Under the pieces are notes generated by a model. It was given only the letters and a program-made list of their open reading frames with translations, made no database searches and was not told the DNA's origin. A stretch of 64,000 bases of DNA from Octopus vulgaris (taxonomy: Eukaryota), in the NCBI GenBank assembly GCA_951406725.2, contig OX597821.1:63488001-63552000 (forward strand). The letters are read 5' to 3'. Shown here piece after piece: positions 1 through 13,505 of the stretch. Numbering within the stretch: position 1 is the first letter of the stretch; every line of letters begins with the position of its first letter. The translations under genes and the position numbers were made by a program.

Positions 1-20
1 CTTCGTTTCAATATTTTTAG

Positions 21-78
21 CTACCGACGACATTGGGATAGAAAAGACCTCATGCAGAAGAGTTGGGCAGGATGAATT
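21..78 (+). CDS. candidate small internal exon of an unidentified host gene (xTDDIGIEKTSCRRVGQDE)
   Basis: ttttag acceptor and TT|gtaaga donor. Only one frame is open (phase 1 in, phase 2 out). No recognisable homology. Confidence 0.22.
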
Positions 79-519
79 GTAAGATACTTATTTAGAATAC
101 CTTGTTGTATTTTACTTAACGAAAATATTTAAAAAGAATGTTTGGATAATTAGTTCTGATAAAATATACTTAATGAAAGCGTCAATATATATAGCCTTCG
201 AAGAAAATTCCAGCAATGGCGTTTAAGAAATTGCTCAGCAGAACAGTTAAAATATGTAACCATAAGGTTACAGTCGTGACAAACTACATATACCGAACAT
301 GATGCATTATATCAACCCTTAATTAACGTTACTAACATTTCTATAGCACAATTGATTACATGGAGCTTTCCATTCAAAGCCAATAATACCCGGTATAGAA
401 ATCAACGCCTGTTTTTCTTTCTTTTCAAATCAATTTTCTAAACAACAGCCACTTACACATACACAGCCGCATAAACACACTCAATCGCACACACATACAT
501 CTTATGTACATATACACGT

Positions 520-574
520 ATATCAGCGTATATATATGCATGTGTGAATATATATTATATATATGTATGCATAT

Positions 575-607
<33 letters not shown>

Positions 608-707
608 CATATACATAGGTATGAATATATATATACATGTGCGCTAGCTTGTGCGTATAATAGATATATACTTATATTTATATACATATATATATATAAA
701 TATATAT

Positions 708-760
<53 letters not shown>

Positions 761-946
761 TATATATAAGTACGTATTTACATATACATGTGAGTATATG
801 TATCACAAATATACATATATACATATATATATGTATATATACATGTGATGTATATATGTGTGTGTGTATGTATGTGTGTGTGCGTGTGAGTGTGCGTGTG
901 CGTGTGTGTGTGTATGTGTGTGTGTGCGTGTGCGTGTGTGTGTGTG
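520..946. repeat. compound (TA)n/(CA)n/(TG)n microsatellite
   Basis: Directly visible dinucleotide runs; source of the YI/CV/TH ORFs. Confidence 0.95.
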
Positions 947-1261
947 GTGTACGTATATAAATATAGCCTTAATGTTGAAATGGAATAATCAGCGATTATA
1001 GTAACATCAATGCCTTTTTCTTTTCTTTATTTGTCTGAATTTTTTATTTATTTATGAAAATGCAGCTGTGAAGAAAAGCGACTCGGAAATATGAAATTAT
1101 TACATAAAAGAAGGGGGAAAATCCATGGAACAAAAAGGGACTTGCTGTGATGTATATTGTGAGTATTGAATTACGGTGGTGTGAGCTGTATTGATCGGGT
1201 TCATCATCAATAGCACCGGCATTATCATCGTAATATATTTCTTTCTTATTTTTCATCTTTA

Positions 1262-1387
1262 TCAAAAAACATCGTCATTATCATCGTCGTCTTCGTCGTC
1301 GTCATCATCATCATCTTCATTATTATCCTCTTCATGATTAACATCATTAATATCAATAACATCCTCATCATCATCAACATCATGATT

Positions 1388-1451
<64 letters not shown>

Positions 1452-1470
1452 ACATCATCATCATCATCAG

Positions 1471-1543
<73 letters not shown>

Positions 1544-2289
1544 GCCATTTTCATCATCGTTAATATCGTCGACGTTGCGGTAGGCGTCTTTGGCGTTATC
1601 AAAAATCGCCATCACCACCTTCATCATCATTATCATCAGCAGCAACAGCAGCAACAGCAGCAACGGCAGCAGCGCCATCATCCTCATAATCGTCGCCATC
1701 ATGGAAATCGTCCAGATCATCAACGACGCCATCATCATCTCGAGTAGCAGCAGACAACAACAATAACAACAACAACAACAAAGTCTTCTGTTTATTCTCT
1801 TCCAAATACTTTCATTTTTGCTCTTCGTCATCAATATTCCACATCAGCGTCATTATAATCTTCCTCTTCATGATAATCCTCCCCTTCATCGTAATTATTA
1901 GCAACAGCAGCATTATTGGAATCAACAGTTTTAGTAGCAGCAGCCTCCAGAGGGCAGCAAGCAGCATCAATAGTAGCAACAACAGCAACTGCAGCATTAG
2001 CATTCTTTTTCTCTTTCCTTTTCCTTCTCTCTTTCAGCTTCCCTGTCGTTTTCGTTGTCGTAGTCGCCGTTGTCATCAATGGCATCACAATCATCCTCAT
2101 CATCAACATCAACAACAACATCACCACCACTACAACAACACCCACTATTGTCATCACTGCCACCACCATTATCATAACATCATAATCTTACTCCTCTACA
2201 TCATCGCCCTTATCGTCATCAGCATCATCTTCCTCATCATCATCATCATCACCATCATCACCATCATTACCTTGATCATCATCATCACC

Positions 2290-2365
<76 letters not shown>

Positions 2366-3480
2366 CCATGATCATCGATACCACCATCTTCCTCGCCACC
2401 ACTAACATCCTTATCTTGACCATCCTCCTCTGCCGCCTCCTCCTCATCGTCCTCCTCTTCCTCCTCCTCATCATCATCACCACCGTTGTTGTAATCGTCA
2501 CCATGGTCAACAACAACAACAACAACAATCACACCATCACCGTCATTAAAATTTATCTGTAAAGTAGGGGGCATGAATCTTATCAGATCAGCGACTGAAA
2601 TGGACCAAATAAGATATTAAAAAAGCAAGTCACGTGATATAATCCTTATTATACAGATAGTCAATAAAAAGAAAATATCATAAATAATTATAATCCACCC
2701 GGTCCAAATTACAAAAAATAAAAAAAGAAAAAAGAAAAATAGCCATCAATATTTCATTGAAGGCTTTTTTCTTAACGTTTTGACACTTCAGAATTAATTA
2801 TCAACGATGGAGCTCCGGTTTCTGTTGTTGTTGATTTTGTTGTCGCTGTTGTTGTTGTTGTTGTTGTTGTTCTTGTTGATGTTGATGACGATGATGTTAA
2901 TGATGATGATGATGATGATGAAGGTGATGATGATGATAGTGGTGGTGATCGTGGTGGTGGTGATGATGACGATAGCGATGATGATTATGTTGATAATGGT
3001 AAGGATGGTAGTGATAGAATGATGATGATGATAAGGGAGAGGAGGAGGACGAGAGCAGTAGGACAGGAGGAGGACGAGAGCAGTAGGACAGGAGGAGGAG
3101 GCGGAGGAGAGCAGTAGGACAAAGTGCATGATAGTGCTAATGATGATAATGATAATGATGATGATGGTGGGTGTGGTAGTTATAGTGATGGCTTTGGTGG
3201 TAGTGGTGATGGTGGTGGTAGGTTCGATTGTGATGATGATGATGACGACGATGACTACAACGACGACAATGCTGGTAATGACGATGTTAATTTAGCTGCA
3301 TCTCATTATGTTACGCTACCCAACAATGGTTGTAAATTCGAGCACCGCCATCATGGTTACCACCATCATCATCATCATCCCCAACACCACAACCACCACC
3401 ACTACCATCAACACCAAAGCAATCAATGTGCAGCATCATCAGGAACGTTTTATATTATATTAATCATAGTCATAATAATT
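1262..3480. repeat. large compound trinucleotide domain: (ATC)n/(AAC)n/(AGC)n, then (GAT)n/(GTT)n
   Basis: Pure (ATC)n at ~1391-1542 and ~2300-2365 within degenerate triplet repeats; strand polarity flips at ~2820. Confidence 0.95.
3041..3121 (+). repeat. minisatellite, ~25-bp unit (ggaggaggacgagagcagtaggaca) x3
   Basis: Three tandem copies visible, the third with an expanded GGA run. Confidence 0.85.
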
Positions 3481-3760
3481 AAACCCCCGTGAATTGTTTA
3501 ACGTTAATTATATCTGAATTAAGAGAAAGTAGGAGTCACTGATGTTGCCAACACTGCAGGTAAACCAGAATAAAACCATCTTCCTTCCTCAGGCTTGATG
3601 TATAATTACTGAAAACATTATACATGTATACACATGAACACCCACGTATGTAATGTTATTATTAGCATCTGCGATCTCCGTTTTGCGGTGGGAGAATAGT
3701 ACACAGACATACAAACACAAATAAACAAATGTACACACATACAGACACACAAATACACAG

Positions 3761-3791
<31 letters not shown>

Positions 3792-4246
3792 CATGTAAAT
3801 ATATATAGCTGACGAAGGTTATGCAGGCCGAAACTCCGAAGTTACTCTCAAAGTTATTCATGTTAAAGAATATTATATGACATCTTGGCGAGAATAAATA
3901 GAAAATTCATTAGAGACGGATTAAAATTCACCCGTTAAAACTATTATTTTATTTTCGAAGAAAAGACTTACCAATACTTGGGGTATCACTGGTTACAAAA
4001 GTTGCTCCAACATACGAAAACTTAGTCACGACGTAACAAGAAGTCCTCTTGCATGAACAAGCCAAACCACAGTAATAGTTTCATCGAGAATGGCTACAGT
4101 ATATTGCTGCTGCTTATGATGATAATGATGATAATAATGATGACGATGATGATGATGCCACCGAGGTAACTCTCTGCGAAATGTATCATAGGCGGCGACA
4201 GCATTCAGACTAGGTTGAAGCATAAATATACGGTGGAGATTAATAA

Positions 4247-6528
4247 CACTAGCCAACAAAATTAAATGCATTATACACATTATGAATGCAAACCAACTTT
4301 TTTTGGACTAAATTTTCATGCTGACTTCAAACTTTCTCACTATTTGTATGCAGCACATATCAGTCTTTCAGTAGATACAAGCAAATATTTTCATATTTGT
4401 ATATATGAAATCATTAACGTAATAAATAAGGATATATTATTTTTAGAAAGTAAATGAATTTATTGAGTTAAAAATCATCACTATGATTCTACAAAGAGTG
4501 AATACACAAAAACAGTTAGTCAAACAAAACATACAAATTTAGAACAACAGAGTTAGAAACATTGTGATTTGGATTTCCTGCAGTGTTCCTGACCTGTAAA
4601 GTGTCCGGTAGTAGTGAGTCAGCATACTGTCATTCCAGAAGCCTTGGTACCCTTTCTCCATAGCACTAATGTCCTGGTGAAATCTTTCACCATGTGCATC
4701 AGACACTGCGCCAAGGTTATCTGCGAAAAAGTCCAGATGGGAGTTCAAGAAGTGACATGCGACAACCCATTGCTCAGTAACATTTCAGAAGATTCTTGAT
4801 GTCATCCTTGTAGTCCATTATCTTCTTGCTGCCCAAGTAATTCTCACAGATACAATTGAAAGCATTCCTGGCAGGTAGTTCCAGCTCATCCAGTGTTGTC
4901 TTGACGTTGACTTCTTTGAGTACTTCTCTAATTTAGTGTCCGACAAAGATACCCTCTTTCAACTTCGCCTGTGTGATTTTGAGAAACTTTTCTACAATGT
5001 ACTCAAATGCTCTGGCATCTCTCTTCCCTAGTGTCTTTACAAACTATTTCCTCAGTCTAAGCTTTATGTGTAAAGGTGGCAATAGGACTTTACATAGATC
5101 TACAAGAGGTATTTTCTTGACACTAGACAGTCCTGGTTCGTATGATGTTCTTGTCTGCCAGTTTGATTCCGAATAATGTCTGTCAGTTGCCCGACTATCT
5201 CAGACACAAGAAACAACAGTATTTTGTGAAACCTGACTGCATTCTCATTAACATTGCAATGAGTTTTAAATCGCCACATATTTTCCATGAGAATCTTTCA
5301 TAGGCAATGGCATGAAGTCAAAGTTCCATATTCTCATATGATTCATGACGATGAACAGAGTGTGTAATAGGAATGGAGGGCTTCAAATTACCATTATGAA
5401 GTACAGCTTTTAAACTTCGTTTTTACGAATCAATAAGAAAACGCCACTCTGCAGGATCATGATTTTGTGAATAACATTCGAAAAATCCATCGATGTTACT
5501 GCAAAAGCAAAGCGGGCCTTCAACAGAAAATCACGTTTGTAGAACCACATTTCTCAGATGAAAATAAGTTATACGAACACCGTGCTCTAGCAGATACTTC
5601 TCATTCAGTCTTGATGCCAAGAGTTCTGCTATACCATTAGAGAAGGATAGGTCTCTGACAAGGTCATTCAGTTCAGCTTGCGAAAATTTCTGCGGTTCAA
5701 AGCTATCGTCATCAGCGACGTAGACTTTCTCAACAGCACTCTCGTGACAGTCAGCAGTATCATCTGGTGAAAGTGGATTTGGCAGACTTCCATTGCGAAG
5801 CACAGTATCATGGCAGTATCCAAATTGAAATACACAATTTTGTGTTTATTCTTCATAGAAAATCCTGTGACATTTACTTTGCAAAAATAACAGTCATAAA
5901 AATGGTATTTCGGTTCTCTCCATATTATTGGAATCACAAAAAGGCAGCGACTTCTGCTTATTGAACCAGTCATGTAAGCCATTTGAGCAAACTGTACAGA
6001 TAAAATATGGTCCCCATAACTTGTCCTGATCTTCAAGAGGGCAGTCAAAATATAGCTTTAAAATCTTTTTGATTTCTAATGTTATTGTACGTTTTTGAAC
6101 TTTCACAATAAATTGTCCAGACGTAACAAAACACATCAGGACGATTTCTACACTGTCTTGACATTGTTAACACTGTAAAATAAGAAAGGAAATAAATACA
6201 AACGGTTATACTTGCATTGAATTTGAGATGATGAAATATTGCATGAGACCAATTATGACTGGACAATTTCAGATGTTGAAATACCCATTTCATCAGACAA
6301 AATTTGATTGGTTCACATAAAGGTATGTGTCCGTGATGTAAATGAAAAACATGCATACACGCCATTAATTGGAATTTCTATATAATGCATGGGCTAAAAC
6401 CAAAAAACTTTCTCATCTTGAAAACTGTACGTGATGTCAAAAACTAATTGTATATTTGAAATCAGCATTAAAAACTACACTCAGTACACCTTGACATATG
6501 CTTGATGGAAAATATTTGATGAGCAGTA
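4247..6528 (-). mobile_element. full-length degraded Chapaev3-type (CMC superfamily) DNA transposon
   Basis: Left end CACTAGCCAACAAA; right end reverse complement TACTGCTCATCAAA. TAA on both sides (3-bp TWA-type TSD). Subterminal atgctga(c/t)ttcaaa at both ends in inverted orientation. Internal transposase fragments. Confidence 0.8.
4540..6164 (-). pseudogene. frameshifted Chapaev3-like transposase
   Basis: Fragments in shifting frames: MSRQCRNRPDVFCYV, DQDKLWGPYFICTVC, IWREPKYHFYDCYFC, FSQAELNDLVRDL..AELLASRL, SHLDFFADNLGAVSDAHGERFHQDISAMEKGYQG. Confidence 0.85.
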
Positions 6529-8111
6529 TAATTAGTACCATGATTTCTGCTGGAGATTTCTGTGAACTTGAAAAAACCGCGAATCACCGTACACTTCCCA
6601 TCCACCAAGGATTAGGTCTTCTATGTCCACATTCTAGAGTAAAGTATTGTTAACTATAGTTCGAAATGGTCGGTGTTGGGAACTATCCTGCCCTACCTGG
6701 AGGGAGGCGTCCCTGTACTCTTTGCACAAAGGACGGAACGGAAATTATATTGGCTAACAGAAGCCGTTAGCTTAATAATCGGAATGAGATGGATTTATTT
6801 TGTGCTCATGGGAAATTGAAGACTTTCTCATGTTATCGGATTTACTTCAATCAGTAATTATGAGGGAATTGGCTAGTTTTCAGCCCCTGTCCATAAAGTA
6901 TATGAAACTACTTGGTTAAGAGTTTACTTTGAATTTTTTCTATTTTTATTTTTTGCCCTAATTTCTAATTGACCAAAATCTTATCTCTAAAATTTATAAG
7001 ACAGAATCTATTTGAAATCGTATTCGTTGTCCGTAGTGGTAAACTTAATCTGTCAGTCGGTTTAACCTATATGCTGGTGTCCAACTACAAGATAAATCAA
7101 AGAACTGACATTAGACTGTATTCTGACGATGACTTGCACTCTTTCTTCTAGTGGCCTACATTGAAGGCTTCTAGAAAGTAATTGGCACTGTCCTTTCTGT
7201 TCGGCAAAAGCCATAAAAATAACAACAACGCCAACAACTACGAAAAGCAAAAGCCATCCACTAAATTAAATTGCTTCAACAAATCGTTAACGCATTTGAC
7301 TGGATGATGTCTATCGGTGACACTGGATTAAGATGAACGACGTTTCGCACATAATTCAAATTGAGAATATGGAAATTTCTACTCAGTCATTGGCTTCCTT
7401 GAAAATAGTAGATATATCTCCCACAAATTACACCGAATTAAATGTATGATAACAGATATTAAACATATTACTACCAGATACCGGTAAGAAGGGTGGATGG
7501 AAAAGCATGGGATGTCTGTCAAGATAGCAGTATTTCCTCAGTCTTTAACTAGCATTAAACATTTTTTGATTCACAGTAGGACACCGTTTGTTCTTCATTA
7601 AATATTAAATTACAAAACCTCAACCAGAGATATATGCACATACATACACATAGTTGTGCACGTCACCATATGTATACATATATATAGACATACATATTTA
7701 CACACATGTATATATATATGTGTGTGTGTGTGCGTGTGTGTGTGTATTCTGTGTGAGTTAGAGGTTGAGAAACCAAGCCTTGTATGTTCATCCTTGTATG
7801 ACATTGAAGTGATGGAGATAACCCGGAAGATTTTGTTGCCTCTAAACAGAAACGGTCGTAGGGAACTAGTACCTGCACACCCATTTATATTTTTGCTCAT
7901 TTCTTATTTTCTCAGTAACTCATTTGTATATATGTGCTTATATGCATCCACACACTTGTCTATGCAGTTACCAGATTTCTCCACTCGCTAATCTGTATAA
8001 CTCATACATATACATGTGTGTGTATTCAACCTTTACAATTGATTAAATGGATATACTTGAAAGTTTAGTGGCTGATGTCTGTCGATTTTATATCCTCTCC
8101 TTTTTCTTATT

Positions 8112-8150
<39 letters not shown>

Positions 8151-10190
8151 CGTACGTGTTTGTTCCTCTGTGTGTACGTGCGCTTGTGTGTGCGTGTGCA
8201 TGTGTTTGTGTTCATGTGTGTGATTGTGTGTGCGATTATAATGGGTAAATCTAAGTCGGAAAGCCATAAGTGTAGATAGGTTAGTACTTAGATCAGATGA
8301 ACAGAGTAAAAACTAAAATCAAAGAAAGGGAGATCTGATACAGGAAAACAAGACTTTGCTCCAGGAAATGTATTGGAGAGTTAATGAAAGTAAAATAAAA
8401 TAAAAGATGGACAGTTAAATGTTAATGACATCAAAGCATTTATAAATAAGCTGTACAGATGAAAGTATAAATATAATTAAGTAGAAAAACCGGAAAAAGA
8501 GACGCTACAGTTAGTCTTCATAGATAAGTAGACGTCCCGAGTGTTTATGCTCTTAAATTGAAGATAAGAAAGGGAAGAATTCGAGCAACACTTTAAAGCA
8601 ATTTTTTTCAGATTCGCCCATTAGTAGGAGCAGTAGTGTGTATTTTGCATATATTCTAATGTAGGATAGTAATGTTAGCAAATGTATATAAAATAACACA
8701 AATTTAAATTATAATTATGGAGACTAATACCTCATCGTCAGAAAAATCGTCACATGTACATGCATATACCTAAATATACGCACATGTGTGCGTGTGTACG
8801 CGTGTGTACGCGTGTGTATGTATGTGTGTGTATACATAAGCTTGTGTATATATTCGCATATGTATATGTATATACACGCTCGTGTGAGTGTGTGTCACTG
8901 TGTGTCTGTATGTATGTCTGTATATGCGCGGGTATCTGTGTGTGTGTATGTGTATGTGTTTTTGTGTGTGTATGCGAATATTTGTGTTGTGTGTATGTAT
9001 GTGTGTGTGTGTTTCGCATGTATCGACTGAAATAGAAGTGTAGTACGACGTAAGGTACTCAGACTTGTCACACAGATCTCACATGTGGTCGCAAGAAGTT
9101 CCTTCAGCTACACTTTGGCAAATCAATACCACAGTGAGCCTAAATTCTGTGAGGGGAACTACTGAGTGTAATTCATTCCTATAAGGAATTTTAGCCGGTT
9201 TCATGGAATGCCATGAATAGGGTATTATGACAAATCTATCGCTTCTGATTCTGTAAGAAACTATAATTTACTCAGTATATTATAAAACTCTGTTTTACTA
9301 TGTGCACACCCTTGAGTACCAAGGTTTGCGAAGCGTAATGCAGTTTACATGAGGAAATACCTTTCTATGTTCTTCAAAAACTTATCTAAACTATGAGTCT
9401 ATTGAATCGAGGATAATTACTTAGAAGAACGTAAGATATCATTACTGTTAAGCACTCCTCATCTTTGATGAATCACATAATCTTATATGAAGCAGAGCCA
9501 AGCTTTGAAGTAAATAATTAAATACGAAAACATGGAGCCATGCCGATCACGAGGAAGAGCGGTTTGTTGATGACATTGCAAAGATATTTGGTGAAAAATA
9601 TATGAATAATTAAGTTAAACATATATAAGGTATATATATTTAGGAAAAATTCAAAAGAAAAGAAAAAGTAATGATGGAATTGATTCCATAAAAAAGATCG
9701 TAATGGCTGATTGTTGACTAAGGATGAGAGGGACAAAAAATGTTTCGAGCTGGTGGTGTGGTTAAGTGATTTTGTGACTTCTGTTTCAGTCCTATTGCAT
9801 AGTAATTTGACACCAGTGTCCTTCACTGTAGCCCCGATTGACGGGGATATTTCCTTTATATCAGCTCAGCCCATTGTGATATAATCGAAACTGTGGCAGG
9901 ACTATTCAACGAATGGGGATTTTCCAAGTTTCGAGTGGGAAACATTTCAGATGTGGATATTGACAGAATACTTCATTCCTGGAATTTAAAAAGGTCCTCA
10001 GGTCGAGCGAGTTTTAGGCAGCAATACTTAAAAATTCGTTCAAGCCGGGAACCATACGTTGAACAGTTCCGTCGAATATCAACATGGCCGGAGCCTATGT
10101 AATGAGGCTAGCCCTGTCTCGCCCTTGAGCATGTGCAATTTACTTTTGCGTTTACAAAACAAACTAACCATTACGTATTTCTTCCTGCAG

Positions 10191-10249
10191 TTGTAGAGAT
10201 GCCATGCGTCTTCAGGCATTTAATTGTGACGTATCACCTAAACTGCTAG
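10191..10249 (+). CDS. candidate small internal exon (CRDAMRLQAFNCDVSPKLL)
   Basis: ctaac branch-like motif at 10164, pyrimidine tract ending cctgcag, and AG|gtattt donor. The single open frame is phase-compatible with exon 21-78. Confidence 0.25.
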
Positions 10250-10382
10250 GTATTTTATAGGTGCGAAGACAATGGTCACTCTTCGACCGGCCATAACGTT
10301 TAACTTCCTACAAGTATATTACGTCACTAACGCTTTAGACTAACGCTTTAGAGAGTGTTCTTTTTCGGATAGATGAACTATT

Positions 10383-10423
<41 letters not shown>

Positions 10424-10427
<4 letters not shown>

Positions 10428-11743
10428 GTTGTCCCACATGAAATATATTTTAAATAGGTTTCTTATGAGTCATCTATAAATGGATTTTCAATGAGTTTCT
10501 ATGTATATGCTTGTGTTTACTCTTTCCTTTTTTTCTTTCTAGTCAATGCTATTATTCAAATTTGCTCCCCACAGCTCTTATGACAAAGTTGACAACTGAA
10601 TAATACCGAGGGATTTTCGTGTACGAATAGAAGTTGAGTCACTATGTCACCGAAGCTCTACGAAACATCAAGCGGGCTTTTCAACCAGCAATAACCACGC
10701 CTCGGATTTACCTCATTGGCCATGGTACCGCCTCTGCAAAAAGCGGGATTTTGGCAACGCTTCTGTTGACATTAGAATTGTTCAAAGATGGTTCAAAGTT
10801 TTCGTTCGGGAAGTGAAAGCATAAAAAATTAACCAAGAGGGAAACTAAAATCAGTTTTTCGGCATGATTAATTAAATGCTTCGTTTAAACTTTATCCGAG
10901 GACAACAGTCAGAAAACTCGGATCAGAGCTCCAGACATCTCATACAACTGTTTCTCGACACTTGAAGAAAATTGGAAACGTCAAAAAGATGGATAGGTTT
11001 GTTCCCCATCAACTTAATAAGATTCAAAGAAACAGATGCCTTACAATGTGTTCCATGTTGATTTCTCGGTTGCAAAGAGAACCATTTTTGTATCGACTCA
11101 TTACGTGAAATGAGAAATGGATACTCTTTGACAATAGCAGGAGAACAGGACACTGGTTAGATGCAGGATAGTTGCCAAAACACTACCCAAAACCACCATT
11201 GCACACTAAAAAGTTGATGGTCAGTGTATGGAGGTCAACAAAGTGTGTAGATCATTATTCATTTCTGCAACAAGGAAAAACTGTAACAGCAACATCCTAT
11301 TGTCAAGAAATTGATTGTTTGCTTGAAAAATTTAAAAAAAGGAAGCAACCCAGATTAGGGAAAAGAGATGATAATGCACGGCCTCACTCTACTTAAGCGA
11401 CGAACCACAAGTTGCAAAGCCTGAATTATGAAATTTTGGCACTTCCTCTTAATTCTCCTGATATCTCTCCTACTGATCATTACATATTCAAACACTTGGA
11501 GCTTGCTACACACAATAAAACAGTCTTAAATAAAGAAGAGGTAACTGAAGCATTCCAGCAGTTTATCAGTGTAAAAGATGACAAATTCTTTGAAGATGGA
11601 ATATATGCCTCAGAGAAACGTTGGATGATGGTCATAAATAAACAAGGATCATATTTTGATTAAACAAATAAATATTCTAAACCATAAAAACTATTTTAAT
11701 GTTTCCTATTTTCAAATGCGATATTTCATTTGAGACAACCTAA
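10424..11743 (+). mobile_element. full-length degraded mariner (DD34D) transposon
   Basis: TIRs ttaggttgtcccacatgaaatat and, reverse complemented, ttaggttgtctcaaatgaaatat, inserted in (TA)n. Transposase relics from ATG ~10579: FVPHQL, EKWILFDN, LHTKKLMVSVW, DDNARPH, SPDISPTDHYIF, GSYFD*. Many stops and frameshifts. Confidence 0.93.
10678..10744 (-). pseudogene. 3'-truncated U4 snRNA retropseudogene (about nt 2-68 of U4)
   Basis: Minus strand reads GCTTTTTGCAGAGGCGGTACCATGGCCAATGAGGTAAATCCGAGGCGTGGTTATTGCTGGTTGAAAA. It is ungapped and ~80% identical to the metazoan U4 5' end as I recall it, with k-turn CCAATGAGG...CCGAGG. Flanked by aagcgggctttt / aagcgggatttt. Confidence 0.88.
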
Positions 11744-12191
11744 TATATATATATATACATATATATATATGCATAAACAGAGAGAGAGAGAGAGTGCGTG
11801 TGAGTATGAGAGAGTGATGCATATATAATGATATGTATATATATATATATACATTATATATGTATATATTTATATAGGTATATATACACACACACACGCA
11901 TATATATATATACATATATATATATACATATATATATATACATATATATATATACATATATATATATACATATATATATATACATATATATATATATTTG
12001 AAAGAATGATTAGAGGTTGCTGCTTGGAGGGGATAAGTTTTATTTTAATCTTAATAATAATGTTTTCACTCACTGTAAACATTATTATTATGATTAAGAT
12101 AAAAAATTAACCATTCAAAAAAGTCATCTCTACTCAATCTTTCATTTTTATACAATACTAAACCAAGAATTTTCTCATCATTATTCTATTA

Positions 12192-12227
<36 letters not shown>

Positions 12228-12400
12228 TGTATGTATGTATGTATGTATGTATGTATGTATGTATGTATGTATGTATGTATATAGATATATAGATAGGTAG
12301 ATAGATAGATAGATAGAAATATAGATAGATAGACAGACAGATATATATAAATATTTACAAATATAGGTGTGTATAGATAAATGTATGTGTGTGTATGTAC
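11744..12400. repeat. (TA)n, (TATG)n and (GATA)n microsatellite blocks
   Basis: Directly visible. Confidence 0.9.
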
Positions 12401-12998
12401 GTGAAGTTGTGTTTTTATGTAAGCTTGACAATCGCTGTTATTGTTTTGTTTTTTTCTATGTTTAACGTAACTTAATGTTTCGGCAGAATAAATTTATAGA
12501 TTTTATAGCAGAATTTGAAAAAGAATGGAAACGAAGTACTGGAGTCGAGTAATTCGACTAACCACCTTAAAACCAATGACCAAGCAAGTCCGCAACAAAC
12601 TGACACAAAAAAAGTCGAATATAAAAGAAACAGATAAAAGATCAGAACTGTGGAAGAGGTTATAAATCTGAGAAAGAATTGGATGGGAATCTAAGACTCA
12701 TTAATCTCCTGTTCATTATTTGGGAAAAAAAAAACGGTATACGTAGTACAACAGAAAACTGTTTCAGTGAGCCAAAACGGGTAAGATTGTATATCAAAAG
12801 AAGACCAAGTAATCTTCGAGAAAAGGTAAATTACGTGAAATTGAAATATTGTAATTTAAGATACATTGTACATTAAAGAAATTAATTGCATTTCTTAACT
12901 GACTACGATTCTTCAACTTTCAGAGAGCTTAAGACGCGTCTGGAGTACGATTAATATAATATCACTTTATATATATATATGTGTGTGTGTGTATTTTT

Positions 12999-13043
<45 letters not shown>

Positions 13044-13442
13044 GTATACACACACGCATATATATATACACATACATGCTTGTATATATACGTGTCGGTG
13101 AGTGAATGTGAGCAGACAGACATTTATTATATATATATATATGTGTGTGTGTGTATGGATGTATGTATGTATGTAAGTATATATATATATCATCGTCATG
13201 GCGGCGGTTAAGATGAAACTCTTTTACTACATTTTTCAATTTTCGTTATTGGTATTTTATGTTTAGCTTCGAACAATGAGTCTCCTAAATTCATTAATGA
13301 TTCTATGCTTATTAACGTTATTGTATCAAACTAAACATGATAGACTAATGAAGAAATATTATATAATTCTTTCATAAAAGAAATTAAATTCCAGCAGATA
13401 GTTTTATATTCAAAGTAAAGTATTTCAAAGAAGAGCTTTTCC

Positions 13443-13505
<63 letters not shown>

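Noticed and set aside
425-848. YI/CV/TH-rich ORFs here and throughout the window
   Set aside because: Dinucleotide microsatellite artefacts.
1262-2574. Asp-rich ORFs (1262-1834, 2188-2574, minus) resembling acidic biomineralisation proteins
   Set aside because: They are translations of (GAT)n repeats that are open in several frames on both strands, with no signal peptide or splice support.
10326-10352. 13-bp tandem duplication actaacgctttag x2 (also agtttagtac x2 near 29372)
   Set aside because: Ordinary slippage duplications with no further structure.
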